A DNA stretch of 64,000 nucleotides from Malacoraja senta. Taxonomy: Eukaryota. The position numbers were made by a program, and so were the translations under genes. The stretch is taken from the NCBI GenBank assembly GCA_038087875.1, contig CM075996.1, positions 9,426,001 to 9,490,000 of the forward strand, given 5' to 3'. The notes under the pieces were generated by a model. That model did not search any database and was not told the origin of the DNA. It saw only the letters and a program-made list of their open reading frames with translations. The number at the start of each line of letters is the position of its first letter. The stretch's first letter is position 1. This document shows positions 38,069 to 51,777 of this stretch, in pieces.

Positions 38069-41000
38069 CTGCAGGCACCAAAACAAGGCATTAAACCTCG
38101 CTGCAAAACTAGCTCATAAGTTCCAGGAGCAGAATGAGGCCATTAGGCACACCAAGTCTACTCTGCCATTCAATCATGACTGAATCTATCTTTCCCTCTC
38201 AACCTCATTCTCTTGCCTTTCCCCTGTAACCTTAAAACACCCTTACTAATCAAGAATCTGTCAATCTCCGCCTTAAAAATATCCATTGACTTGGCCTCCA
38301 CAGCCGTCTGTGGCAATAAGTTCCACAGATTCACCACCCTCTGATAAAAGAGATTCCTTCACATCTCTTTCCTAAATGTACGTCCTTTTATTCTGAGGCT
38401 TTGGCCTCTAGTCCGAGACACCCCCACTAGTGGAAACATCCTCTCCACATCCATTTTATCCAAGCATTTCACTATTCGGTAAGTTTTAATGAGGTCCCCC
38501 TCATCTTTCTAAACTCCAGTGAGTACAGTCCCAGTGTCTTCAAACATTCATTATATGTTATCCCAATCATCATAATCATACTTTATTAGCCAAGTATGTT
38601 TTGCAACATACGAGGAATTTGATTTGCCATAGTCATACCAATAAAAAGGAACAGAACACACAAAATACATTTTAACATAAACATCCACCACAGTGACTCC
38701 TCCACATTCCTCACTGTGATGGATGGTGAAAAAAAGTTCAATCTCTTCCCTTCTTTGTTCTCCCGCAGTCGTGGGCCTCGAGCCTTCCGTTGACGGGACC
38801 ATCTTGGCTCCCGTAGCCGGTGGTCGGGCCCTCTGCATTGGGGCAATCAAGCTCCTGCATCGGGGGGGATGTCAGCTCCCCCCGCGCTGGGCGATCGGAC
38901 CTCGGGTCGGGGCTGGTCGAACCTTCTGCAACTTTGGGGCTTCCCGACATCAGTCTCTACCCTCGATGGGGAAATCCGCAGGCCGCGGTTGGAGCGTCGA
39001 TCCCAGGCAAGGGATCGCAGGCTCCGATGGTAAGTCCTCCGATGATCATTCCTGGGATCATTCTCGTAAACCTCCTCTGGAGCCTCCCAAATGCCAGCAC
39101 ATCCTTCCTCAGTTATGGGGCCCAAAACTGCTCACAATACGCCAAATGCAGTCTGGCCAACGCCTTAGCATTACATCCCTGTGTTTGTATTGCTGCCCCT
39201 TGAAATAAATGCATTCACCTTCCTTGCTACTAATTCAACTTGGAAATTAACTAAAATGCTTGTAAAGTTGAAGTTCAAGGGTTTATTTGTCATATGCACC
39301 GGATATGAACCGGAACTATGAAATTCTTACCTGCTGCAGCTTTACAGGCATATTAGTTGCATCAACAATAAAATTAAATACACAACCTGACCATAATAGT
39401 GCAAAATTCAAAGTACACAGAGCAAACCTGGTGGTGCAAAGTCCATTGCGTATCAGTGTTGATGTAGGGCTGTGGTTTGGGTAGGGTGGTTCAAGGACCT
39501 GATGGGACAAAGCAGTTCCTGAACCTAGAACTCACGGTTCTCAGGCGCCCGCGTCTCTTCTTCTCGACTGGGCAATTGTCACCACTTTCATCAGCCGCTT
39601 TCCTCCTTGAACGTTCACATTTCTGAACCAGTTCAGTGTGTTGTCACGTGTACTGGGGTACAGTGAAAAGCTAGACACAAAATGCTGGAGCAACTCGGCA
39701 GCACAGGCAGCATCTCTGGAGAGAAGGAATGGGTGACGTTTCGGGTCGGGACTTTGTGATAGTCCCAGCCTCAACTACCTCCTCTGGCAGCTCGTTCCAT
39801 ACACCCACCACCTTGAACCTATGTCCTCTTGTCCTCGACTGTGAGCAATTTTGGGCACCATATCTGAGGAAGAGGTGGTGCTGGCTCTGGCGACGGTCCA
39901 GAGGAGGTTTACAAGAATGATCCCAGGAATGAGTAGGTTAACCTATAATGAGCATTTGTCGGCACTGGGCCTGTACTCGCTGGAGTTTAGGTGAATGAGG
40001 GGGGACCTCATTCTATAAGAATGGGGTGAGGAGGGAGAGATAGATCAGCCATGATTGAATGGCGGAGTAGACTTAGAAACATAGAAAATAGGTGCAGGAG
40101 ACCATTCGGCCCTTCGAGCCAGCACCGCCATTCATTGTGATCATGGCTGATCGTCCCCAATCAATAACCCGTGCCTGCCTTCTCCCCATATCCCTTGATT
40201 CCACTAGCCCCTATAGCTCTATCTAACTCTCTCTTAAATCCATCCAGTGATTTGGCCTCCACTGCCCTCTGTGGCAGGGAATTCCACTTGATGGGCCGAT
40301 GGGCCTAATTCTACTCCTATTCATCATGATCTTAAGACCTACTCTGGGCAAGAGACTGTGCATCTACCCGATCTATTCCTCTCATGATCCTTAGCTTCAG
40401 GCCGAGGTTAACTTGTCCACCAGGTGTGGAAGATGACATGGTGGCGAGGTGCAGAAGGAATGTTATGGTCTCACCAGGTGGGTCAATGGTAAAGATGAGA
40501 ATGCTGTCTGAGGCAAGCGACTCGAAGCGATCTGCTCTACTGACCATCTTTCATGCCCTGCCAAATAGCTCACTCACCCCATATGCCAGACAGTAGCACT
40601 TTGCCATGGCAAACTACTGCCCCCTTTCACTGCTTGAAATTATTCTTATTTAATTCTGGGTTCTGGACAGCACCAACAAGGCAGGCATTTAGTGCCCATC
40701 TCTAGTAACTTCTGAGGAGGAGGAGGTGGTGAGCTACCTGCTTGAACGGCTACAATCCATCTGATGCTGTCGGCTAGGATGATGTGGGGAGGGTAGGGGA
40801 GTGGGGGGGAAGGGGGATAATCTGAGTGAGGAAGGGATGGGAGGGAAGGAAAGCGAGAGAGGAGGAGAGAAGAAAAGGAGAAAAGTAGGGACGGGGAAGA
40901 GACGGAGGGATGGGCTGGGAGTGGGGAGAGAAAGAGAGGAGGCTGAGGAAGAGGTACAACGCCTAGTTTGTTCAACCAGGATCCCTCAGCCTCCAGATCT

Positions 41001-41203
41001 TATATCAAACTTGCTCCAAATGTGGACAAGATCTGAATTCTTGTGACCTCATGAGGGGAGAGTTATGAATTTAATTTAGTTTTTCTTCAAGATTCAAGAG
41101 AGTCTATTGTCATGTGTCCCTGATAGGACAATGAAATTCTTGCTTTGCTTCAGCACAACAGAACATAGTAGGCATGACTACAGAACAGATCAGTGTGTCC
41201 ATA

Positions 41204-42751
41204 CAGTGGCTTGCAAAAGTTTTCATACCCCTTGAACTTTTCCACATTTTGTCACGTTACAACCACAAACGTAAATGTATTTTATTGGGATTTTATGTGA
41301 TAGACCAACACAAAGTGGTGCATAATTGTGAAGTGGAAGGAAAATGATACATGGTTTTCAAATTTTTTTACAAATAAAAAACTGAAAAGTGTGGCGTGCA
41401 AAAGTATTCAGCCCCCCTGAGTCAATACTTTGCAGAACCACCTTTCGCTGCAATTACAGCTGCAAGTCTTTTGGGGTATGTCTCTACCAGCTTTGCACAT
41501 CTAGAGACTGAAATGTTTGCCCATTCTTCTTTGCAAAATAGCTCAAGCTCAGTCAGATTGGATGGAGAGCGTCTGTGAACAGCAATTTTCAAGTCTTGCC
41601 AGAGATCCTCAATTGGATTTAGGTCTGGACTTTGACTGGGCCATTCTAACACATGAATATGCTTTGATCTAAACCATTCCATTGTAGCTCTGGCTGTATG
41701 TTTACGGTCGATGTCCTGCTGGAAGGTGAACCTCCGCCCCAGTCTCAAGTCTTTTGCAGACTCTAACAGGTTTTCTTCCAAGATTGCCCTGTATTTGGCT
41801 CCATCCATCTTCCCATCAACTCTGACCAGCTTCCCTGTCCCTGCTGAAGAAAAGCATCCCCGCAGCATGATGCTGCCACCACCATTTTGCATTTAGGCCA
41901 AAAACTTCAATTTTGGTCTCATCTGACCAGAGCACCTTCCTCCACATGTTTGCTGTGTCCCCCACATGGCTTGTGGCAAACTGCAAACGGGACTTCTTAT
42001 GGCTTTTTTTCAACAATGGCTTTCTTCTTGCCACTCTTCCATAAAGGCCCGATTTGTGGAGTGCACGACTAATAGTTGTCCTGTGGACAGATTCTCCCAC
42101 CTGAGCTGTGGATCTCTGCAGCTCCTCCAGAGTTACCAGAGTTGGCTGCTTCTCTGATCAATGCTCTCCTTGCCCGGCCTGTCAGTTTAGGTGGACGGCC
42201 ATGTCTTGGTAGGTTTGCAGTTGTGCCATACTCTTTCCATTTTCGGATGATGGATTGAACAGTGCTCCGTGAGATGTTCAAAGCTTGGGATATTTTTTTA
42301 TAACCTAACCCTGCTTTAAACTTCTCCACAACTTTATCCCTGACCTGTCTGGTGTGTTCCTTGGGCTTCATGATGCTGTTTGTTCACTAATATTCTCTAA
42401 CAAACCTCTTGAGGCCTTCACAGAACAGCTGTATTTATACTGAGATTAGATTACACACAAGTGGACTCTATTTACTAATTAGGTGACTTCTGAAGGCAAT
42501 TGGTTGCACTGGATTTTATTTAGGGGTATCAGAGTAAAGGGGGCTGAATACCTTTGCACGCCACACTTTTCAGTTTTTTATTTGTAAAAAAATTTGAAAA
42601 CCATGTGTCATTTTCCTTCCACTTCACAATTATGCGCCACTTTGTGTTGGTCTATCACATAAAATCCCAATAAAATACATTTACGTTTGTGGTTGTAACG
42701 TGACAAAATGTGGAAAAGTTCAAGGGGTGTGAATACTTTTGCAAGCCACTG
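41204..42751 (-). mobile_element. Tc1/mariner DNA transposon, Passport (PPTN)-like, near full length, defective
   Basis: TA TSD (41202-3, 42752-3); TIRs of about 210 bp beginning CAGTGGCTTGCAAAAGT, with inner direct repeats (GCAAAAGTATTCAGCCCCC; IR/DR organisation). Confidence 0.95.
41422..42371 (-). pseudogene. Tc1 DD34E transposase, frameshifted and internally deleted
   Basis: MKPKEHTRQVRDKVVEKFKAGLGYKKIS...GRPPKL (paired-like HTH), WSDETK, FQQDID, WPSQSPDLNPIE; split over three ORFs; segment between GLNAK and GGGSIM missing. Confidence 0.93.
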
Positions 42752-43724
42752 TATACCATTATAATCTTGAGAGATACATCTTGAGAGATACAGCGTGGAA
42801 ACAGGCTCGTCGGCCCACCGTGTCTGCGCCGACCGGTGATCCCAGCACATTAACACCATCCTACACACACTGTTTTTTTGCATTTACCAAGCCAATTAAC
42901 CTACAAACCTGTATGCCTTTGGAGTGTGGGAGGAAACCGAAGATCTCGGAGAAAACCCACGCAAGTCACGGGGAGAACGAACAAACTCTGTACAGACAGC
43001 ACCCGTAGTCGGGATCAAACCCGGGTCTCCGGCGCTGCAAGCGCTGTAAGGCAGCGACTCTACCGCTGCGCCACCGTGGCCGCCCGTTAATCACGGACAG
43101 GTCAGAGGCAGCAACAAGTGAGGGACAATTGATCTGGGCTTTGGACTTTGCTGCAGGGCTGGCATTCCCGTCGCATTGTCTGGTGCATCTCTCCAGGCAG
43201 CTCGTGTGCAGCTGTCAGCAGAAGGTGAACTCGAGCAGCCTCAGCCTGTAACTGGGATAGTGGTTTTGGCACAGGGTGGGGGGTGTGGTGAAGAGGTGTG
43301 GACCCTAGGAAACTGAAAGAGGGCAGTGAAACTGAAGTCACGCTCATCCTGTGTTAAGAGCCAACATAAAACAATACTATCTTTGACAAATGAGGAACCA
43401 GAAACAGACAAATGCTCAAGGTCAATGACATTTGATCGACTGATACGTCGATTCTGTTTCTCCCTGCGTAGATGCTGCCTGACCTGTTGAGCAACTTCAG
43501 CAGTTTCCCTATTTTGGATTTTCAGCATGTTTTGTTTAGTTTAGAGATACAGCACGGAAACAGGCCCTTCGGCCCATCGAGTCCGCACCGATCAGCGATC
43601 CCCGCACACGAACACTATCCTACACACACTAGGGACAATTCACACTTATACCAAGCCAATTAACCTACAACCCTGTACGTCTATGGAGTGTGGGAGGAAA
43701 CCAAAGATCTCGGAGAAAATGGCG

Positions 43725-44190
43725 GAATGGCGGGACTGTCACATGCTGAGAGAATGGAGCAGCTGGGCTTGTACACTCTGGAGTTTAGAAGGATGAGAGG
43801 TGATCTCATTGAAACAATATAAGATTGTTAAGGGTTTGGACACGCTAGAAGCAGGAAAGCATGTTCCCGATGTTGGGAAGAGCCCAGAACCAGGGGCCAC
43901 AGTTTGAGAATAAGGGGTAAGCCATTTAGAACGGAGACAAGGAAACACTTTTTCTCACAGAGAGTGGTGAGTCTGTGGAATTCTCTGCCTCAGAGGGGCA
44001 GTGGAGGCAGGTTCTCTGGATGCTTTCAAGAGAGAGCTAGATAAGGCTCTAAAAATAGCGGAGTCAGGGATATGGGGAGAAGGCAGGAACGGGATACTGA
44101 TTGGGGATGATCAGCCATGATCACGTTGAATGGCGGTGCTGGCTTGAAGGGTCGAATGGCCTACTCCAGCACCTATTGTCTATTGTCTAT
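43725..44190 (+). mobile_element. CR1 3' fragment nested in a minus-strand V-SINE (about 43533-43719 and 44191-44318)
   Basis: The SINE breaks at ...CTCGGAGAAAA and resumes at AAAACCCACGCAGGTCACGGGG after the CR1 CTATTGT tail. Confidence 0.85.
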
Positions 44191-46359
44191 AAAACCCACG
44201 CAGGTCACGGGGAGAACGTACAAACTCCGTACAGACAGCACCCATAGTCATGATCGAACCTGGGTCTCTGGTGCTGTGAGGAAGGAAGCAACTCCACCGC
44301 TGCGCCACTGTGCCGCCGGGCTTCTGCCTTCCCTGAGCTTGGTGTCTCCTGGTGTCATTGAAGGGGGGGTCCCATTATTAACACTCAGTACATCCGTCAC
44401 CAATAACTGCAACATGCTGCAGTCTGGTGATGGCCCAATGAATTCCAGTATGGGGTTCCCTCAGAGGCACCACCAGCCTACAGGGAGGGTGACTGTCCAA
44501 GTGGCCATGCACCCCAATCCCACCTCTTCCCTTCCCTAATCCCACGTTCCACTCCCCAATCCTGCAGACCCTTCTAGTTACCTCCTGCATCTGCCCTGCC
44601 ATATTCAACGAGCTCAGCACACAGACCCGCAGATCTTCTACCTCTTGTGGAGTTGCCTCCTCTGCTTTGTATTGTCTCCACCCATTCTTTGGCAACAAAG
44701 CACTTATACTTTTCTCAGCATCAGTCCATCATCACTGCCTAGTGCGTCCAGGCCGGCACGGTGGTGAAGTGGTAGAGTTGCTGCCTTGCAGCGCCAGAGA
44801 CCCGAGTTCAACCCTGACTACGGGTGCTGTCTGTACAGAGTTTGCACGTTCTCCCCGTGACCGCGAGGGTTTTGCCCGGGTGCTCCGGTTTCCTCCCACA
44901 CTCCAAAGACGTACAGGTTTGTAGGTTAACTGGCTTGGTATAATTGTAAATTGTCCCTAGTGTGTAGGATAGGGTTAGTGTACGGGGATCACAGGTCGGC
45001 ATGGACTTGATGGGTTGAAGGCCTGTTCTACTTATACCTAAACTAAACTAAATAATCTATTGCGGATCCATTGCTTCTGGCATTTACCCTCCTAGCATCT
45101 CCCCCCCTCTCTCTGCCTCTCTCTCTGTCTCTCTCTCTGTCTCTCTCTCTCTCTCTCCCACCCTCTCTCTCTCTTTTCTCTCTCTTTTCTCTCTCTGTCT
45201 CCCCTCCTCTCTGCAGTTACTGAGTTTATTCCAGTACCCATTTCAACAGGTGTGCAAAATATGTAATCTTCCAGATTTAAGGCAACTTCCCGCTGGTGAA
45301 CCTACAGATGTTTGGCAGAGTTACGGTTCCATCTCTTGTACTTCTCTCCACAAGCTAAGATGCATTCCTTCTGGTTCAATTTATTAAACGACTTCAAGTA
45401 CAGCTGATTTCCCAGCGCCTGTTCTTTATCAGTTCATAGCTAATCCAGAGACTCACCTAGAACGTGTTGACTCAGTATGCCACTGCTCTGAAACAATTCG
45501 ACACATTGCACAAAAAACATTGAGTGTAATGACACAAAATGCTGGAGTAACACAGCGGGTCAGGCAGTATATCGGGATAACATAGACAGGTGATGTTTTG
45601 AGTTAGATCCCTTCGAGAACACAGTTAGCGTGTCAGATTACATCCATGTATCTTTATGGTTTGGAAGGCCACTTGGCCCATCGAGTCTATGCAAGCACAC
45701 AGAGCAATGCAACAGGATGGCACAGAGGCGCAGTGATAGAGTCGCTCCCTCACAGAACCAGGGACCTGGGTTCAATCCTGACTACGTGTACTGTCTGTAC
45801 GGATTTTGTACTTTCTCCCTGTGACCACGTGGATTTTCTCTGGGAGCTCCGGTTACCTCCCACACTCCAATGACGTACATGTTTGCAGGTTGATTGGCTT
45901 GGTATAAATGTAAAATGTCCCTAGTGTGTGTAGGGTAGTGCTAATGTGCGGGGATCGCTGGTCGGTGCGGACTCAGTAGGCCGAAGGGCCTGTTTCCGCG
46001 CTGTATCTCTAAACTAAACTAAACTAAATCACCCTGCAACCACTCTTGCATGGAATAGTAGATGTTTCGGGTTGAGTCTGAAGAAGCACAGGTTTGTAGC
46101 TTAATTGGCTTTGGTAAAAAAAAATCATAAATTGTCCCTAGTGTGTAGGATCGTGCTAGTATACGAGGTGATCGCTGGTCAGCGTGGACTCGGTGGGCCA
46201 AAGGGCCTGTTTCCGCGCTGTATCAAAATTCCAAAGTCAATGCCATTCCCCTTCTAATTTTCCCGACAACTATGTCACATTTCCGTCAATTCTTCCATGT
46301 GCCTACACTGTGGGCAACATGACCTCGGTAAATTAACTGAGTAACCTGCATGCCTTTGG

Positions 46360-46945
46360 GATAGACACAAAATGCTGGAGTAACTCAGCAGCATCTCTGG
46401 AGAGAAAGAACGGCTGACGTTTCGGCTCGAGACCCTTCTTCAGACCGAGAGTCAGGGTAGTGGGAGACATGTGGAAGGGTAAGGTGTGAAAATGGAAGAT
46501 CAAAGGGGACGATGAACAAGGAGAATGTAGAATTGATCATTGTTAGCTTTGGGGAAGATGACAATGAGGCATACTATCAGTAAAACGTAATCAGGAGGGC
46601 TGTGAAACTAGTCGGAGAACAGGGATGGGGAAGGGATGGAGAAAAGTGAAAGCAAGGGTCAAGAAGTTAGAGAAGTCAATATTCATACCGTTGTGTTGCA
46701 AATAGCCCAAGCGAAATTTGAGATGCTGCTCCTCTAATTTGCGCTGGGCCTCGCTCTAACAGCGAAGGAACAGGACAGAAAGGTCAGTGTGGGAATGGGA
46801 AGGGGAGTTAAATTGTTTGGCAACTGGGACATAACGCAGGCCTAGGCAGACTGAGTGGAGGTGTTCAGCGAAACGAAACAAAACAAAAAGACTATGCCTG
46901 AGCATGGTCTCGCCGATATATAGGAGTCATCTTCGCCGATATATT
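46360..46945 (-). mobile_element. Penelope-like element fragment (GIY-YIG domain plus pLTR) nested in a SINE
   Basis: Minus strand YIGET...RFAEHLHSV...PVAKQFNSPSHSHTDLSVL...QRKLEEQHLKFRLG..NGMNIDFSN. Confidence 0.8.
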
Positions 46946-48407
46946 TTAAGGTGTGGGAGGAAACCAGAGCATCCGGATAAAATCCCATACTGTTACAAGG
47001 AGAACATGCAAACTTCAGACAGACGGCACTGGAGGCCAGGACTGAAGCCGGGATGCTGGAGCTGTGAGGCAGTGGCTCTACCAGCTGTGCCACTAAGCCT
47101 CCTGATCAAACAATCACTATATAAAGATAGTCTAAACAGCGTTACATTGCACATCATATTGGCATTCAGAAACTGCTCAGGTCAGCGGCACTGCCAAGTG
47201 ACCAAGACCTTACAGTGAAGGAGGTAGTGCTTGTTTTGGGAGTTTTTGTAGCTCTGAAAATGTACCTCTTTAGAATGCACTAACTTAGTCACCAATGTGA
47301 GACACAAAAAGCTGGAGTAACTCTGAGGGTCACGTGTAGCAGCATCTCTGGATAAAAGGGACACATAACGTTTCGACTGGTCAGGTTGGAACCCTACAGT
47401 CAGTCTGAAGAAGGGTCTCGAACCGAAACGTCACCTATCCATGTTTTCCACGGATGCTGCCTGACCCGTTAAGTCCAACACTTTGTGTCTTTTTTGGTAA
47501 ACAAACATCTGCAATTCCTTGCTTCGACATAGTCACCAGAGTGTATGCCGACCAACCTCCTGACATCAAACTCCACTGTAGCTACATTTTGTGCATTATG
47601 GAGTTTGTATGTTCTCCCTGTGGCTGTGTGGGTTTTCTCCGGGTGCTCTGGTTTCCTCCCACACTCCAAAGACGTGCAGGTTTGAAGGTTAATTGGCTTT
47701 GGTAAAAATCGCAAATTGCCTCGAGTGTGTAGGATAGTGCTAGGGTACAGGATGATCGCACAGAATTACACAGTGGCGCAGGTGGTAGAGCTGCTGCTTC
47801 ACAGTGCCAGAGACCCAGGTTCGATCCTGACCTTGGGTGCTGTCTGTGTGGAGTTTGCACGCTCTCCCTGTGACCATGTGGGTTTCCTCCGGGTGTTTTC
47901 CGGTTTCCTCCCACATCACAATGGCGTGCAAGTTGGGAGGTTTGTTGACCTCTGGACTAAGATGGGTCAGGACACCGGAGGGATGGTTTGCAACAGACTG
48001 CAATGGAAGTCAGACGACAGGAAGGAATGGGAGCAAGTGAAGGAAATGACCGAATGCTAGGATGCCGGGAACGTAAACTTCCACCTATCTCGCAAATAAG
48101 GGAAGAAGGAATGAGTGCTTTTTGTAACCTTGTCGTCGCCTTTGTGGCAACTCGTTTGTGTACTTTGTCTGCAAAAATAAAGAATTTCACTGCACCTAGC
48201 TAGGTACAAGTGGCAATAAATCATCATCATCATCATCTTATGCTTTCAAGAGAGAGCTAGATAGGGCTCTTAAAAATAGTGGAGTCAGGGGATATGGGGG
48301 GAAGGCAGGAACGGGGTACTGATTGGGGATGATCAGCCATGATCACACTGAATGGCGGTACTGGCTCGAAGGGCTGAATGGCCTACTCCTGCACCTATTG
48401 TCTATTG

Positions 48408-48451
48408 TCATCATCATCATCATCATCATCACCATCATCATCACCATCATC
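48408..48451. repeat. (CAT)n microsatellite
   Basis: Directly visible, about 35 nt downstream of the donor of exon 48485-48628. Confidence 0.9.
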
Positions 48452-48484
48452 AAGGACATCAGATATAGAAACCGTGGCCCATAC

Positions 48485-48628
48485 CATCCCAGTTCCCTGG
48501 CAGTATCCAATCTCTGGGTAGAGCCACGCCAGCCCACGCAGGATTCTCCGTAATCTTGGCACGCCGATGCTGTCCATATTGGAGAAGCAGGTGTTACTTG
48601 GCATGGTGCGGAGCAAGTCTTTCTCGAT
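48485..48628 (-). CDS. SGSM3: SGSM3 coding exon ([48 protein letters not shown]), TBC catalytic motifs
   Basis: 144 nt; contains IxxDxxR (R finger) and YxQ (Q finger) TBC motifs; tttcag acceptor and gtatgg donor. Confidence 0.97.
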
Positions 48629-49623
48629 CTGAAACAAAGAAATTGTCAATTCAGCAGCCACATTTGAACTTGGCTACTGTCAAAGATAAATTGCAGACCT
48701 TCAAGGGATAGGGATAGGTAGAATGCTTAGAGTGTTGAAAGTCCTCTCATGTGCTATCATCATTCTGTGCCTTAGGAAGGTTGAAACTGAGCATGTGCAG
48801 TCTACTTTAGTCAGATTCTGTTCCCTGTTGTCAAAGGACAAATGGCAATCATACACAACACAATAAGGTCGAAAGGGTAACAGGACTTTTGCTTAATTGT
48901 AATGGTGTGGAATTGGGCTGTGGTTTTCAGAGGTGAACAATGTATATTTGTTATAAGAACACTTGGAAGATTGAAAAATTCTAAAGTGCCTGCTGCACTA
49001 AACATCAAAGGAAAATTCTGTATATAAGGAGTAAATGAATCTTTGTTCGTTGAGCAATCTCCTAGATCGCTCCCAGTGAGCACTGTATTTTGCGCTCTTA
49101 AATAAAGTCTTGATTGTCTTACCCGATCTTTGTGTTGTGTTTTAAAGTTTTCTTTAACACTATCCAACCCAGACCAGACGGATTTAACGGCAAACGATGG
49201 CTTCTCCAAGTTCAGTTTGGTCAACTTGAGCAATTCAGATTAAGTAGCTTACAACCCAAAGGTATACACATTGAATTTTTATTTTATGTAAATCACAAAC
49301 ACCTCCCTCCCCTCCTTCTTTCACCCCTTCCTCCACAAAAAGTCGGCTAACTAGTTCCGCAGTTCACAATGACGTATCCCTCTTGGTTTCACACCTGTCT
49401 CTATCCAACAGTCAGCCTATCAGGGAACCTCCTTACACGAGGATATCTGTTGCCGGCCCCGATTTGCCATGTTTCACTTCCAATTTTTGTTTCCTCCCCC
49501 TCTCACCAATATAATCAGTCTGAGGAAGGGTCCCGATCTGAAATGTCACCTATCCATTTTCTCTAGCAGTGCTACCTGAGCCGCTGAGTTACACAAGTAT
49601 TTTGTGTCTACCTTTAGTGTAAA

Positions 49624-50499
49624 CTAGACTAAGTGGGACCCGTTGGGTCCCAACATCACATGGGAGGGCTGGTCCCCCAACGCAATATTCCACCTCTCCA
49701 CCAATTCCAATATTGGTGGCCAGTGAGGGAGTGGTGCTTTCTGGAGCGCTAGTACAGGTGTTGTGTGCTGAAGGGACTGGTTTCCAGAGGGCTAGTATGG
49801 ACATTGTGGGCCAAATGGATTTTTGGGCTGGAAGCTCACTCACTCAAGCCTGATGTGCTGGCAGCTCACTCACTCACGGCTGGTGGGCTGGCAGTGGACT
49901 CACGGCTATTCCTTGAAATTCCATTTCAAGCAGAGTGCAAGCCACCAAATTCAAGTTTACTACCATTTCAAGCAGGGTGCAAGGCCACCAAATTCAAATG
50001 CAGTTTCCTACCATTTCAAGCAGGGAGCAATGCCACCAAATTCAAATGCAGTTTGCTACCATTTCAAGCAGGGTGCAAGGCCACGAAATTCAAAAGCAGT
50101 TTCATACCATTTCAAGCAGGGTGCAAGGCCACCAAATTCAAAAGCAGTTTCCTGCCATTTCAAGCAGGGTATAAGGACACCAAGGTGAACTCTCCCTCCC
50201 CCATCTTGCAGAGACTGAGCTACGCCCACACTTTTGGGTTTTATAGTCCCTCCCCCTCCCACTGGAAGGGGTGTGGCCTTCATGGCGGTGATTGACAGGA
50301 GAGAGAATCTCAACATTTTTTAAACATTAATAACTCTTTTATTTTTCATCGACTGGAAAAATCCTCTTGTCCTGCGCAGCCGAGGGGGACTCTGAGTAAG
50401 ATGGCCAAAAATCACAGCCGTACGTGGTAACGTTTTTTTCTAAAATCAATATGCAGTGCAAACAGGAAGTGGTCAAGATGAGACTTTTAATTATATAGA
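49624..50499 (-). mobile_element. Non-autonomous Helitron (876 bp)
   Basis: Minus strand A|TCTATATAATTAAAAGTC ... GGGACCC-AAC-GGGTCCC hairpin, 7 nt, CTAG|T: canonical 5'-TC, 3' hairpin-CTRR, A/T insertion site, no TSD. Confidence 0.88.
49921..50183. repeat. 48-bp minisatellite (about 5.5 copies) inside the Helitron
   Basis: Unit CCATTTCAAGCAGGGTGCAAGGCCACCAAATTCAAATGCAGTTTCCTA; gives the repetitive ORFs at 49765-50316. Confidence 0.9.
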
Positions 50500-51089
50500 T
50501 ATAATCCATGGTTTGGATCGGGGAGCATCTGCCCTGGGATAGGCCTCTCCCAAGTTGGCCTAGAGTTGTTCTGAACTCTGGACTCAGTGTGAATTCTTTC
50601 CACCTATTAAACCAGATAGACGTATATAACAAATTATAACTGCATTGTTAAGGTGGATAGTAAGAAGCTTGGCTCCATTGCAGAGGTGTTGAAGACCAGA
50701 TGGCATGGGTTTACGGTGAGGGTTATGAAGCAGCAGGGTGGCGCAGTGGGTAGAGCTGCTGCCTTACAACACCAGAGACCCGGTTTTGATCCTGACTAAG
50801 GGTGCTGTCTGTACGGAGTTTATACGTTCTCCCCGTGACCTGCGTGGGTTTTCTCCGAGATCTTCGGTTTCCTCGCACACTCCAAAGAGGTGCAGGTTTG
50901 TAGGTTAATTGGCTTGGTATAAAAATGTGGGAAATGTAAAATTGTCCCAAGTGTGTGTGTACGGTAGTGTTAATGTGCGGGGATCGCTGGTTGCTGCGGA
51001 CCCGGTGGGCCGAAGGCCTGTATCCGCGCTGTATCTCTAAACTAAACTAAACTAAAAGCCTGAGGAGTTGGTGGAAAGAGAGACATTGA

Positions 51090-51282
51090 AGGGCCTGGCC
51101 CACTTGGACGTCATTTGTGCGTCACGCAGGTGGCGCGCGAAGATTTTGTGAATCCCAAAATCCTGGGGCGCGTCACTGCCTACGCCACCACGTCTCACCA
51201 AGCGCGCATCACGTGCACGTCACAACGCGTAAATGATGTCGCGTAAATGACGCGCAAATGACGCCCAAGTGGGACAGGCTCT
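51090..51282. mobile_element. PIF/Harbinger-type MITE, second family (193 bp, CpG-rich)
   Basis: TIRs AGGGCCTGGCCCACTTGGACGTCATTTGTGCGTCA / TGACGCGCAAATGACGCCCAAGTGGGACAGGCTCT; flanks tga / tta; terminal ~14 bp shared with the 25672 and 26275 MITEs. Confidence 0.75.
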
Positions 51283-51777
51283 TTAGAACATCGAGTTATC
51301 ATTTATCTTGGAAGCTAATCCAATTAGAGAGAGGTGAGAGTGAAGCCACTGCCTTGGGCTACACCTCAACTCTGCTGCTGATTTGACTGTTCTAATCTCC
51401 TTCCCAGCGACTTTCAAACAAAACACTGAAATCTTATCCAGTTTTGCAACGCTACATTCCCTGCATCACAAAGGAGGACTAATTCCACTTTACAATATAA
51501 CTTCACCGCACCATGGCCTTTGCTCTTGTGCTTCTGAAAGCCTCACCCATACCTCTGTCACCCACTTATTTCAATTTCCCCATGCTCTCTTCACCAGCCT
51601 CCCACCTTCCATTCTACCATTCGTTCAAAATCATTTTCCTTATTTCCTAACCATATAGCCTTGCATTAGGTAATCTACAATGGCTCATTGCCGTCCAAAA
51701 AAACACACTGCTTTTATGGAGTGACTTTCAATAATCTTATACTGCCACACAGAAAGATAATCAAAACAAAATTACAC

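Noticed and set aside
49765..50316. Repetitive ORFs (PFQAGCKATKFKCSFL)n, and a CRISPR-like look
   Set aside because: A 48-bp tandem minisatellite with no unique spacers, inside a Helitron in a eukaryotic intron.
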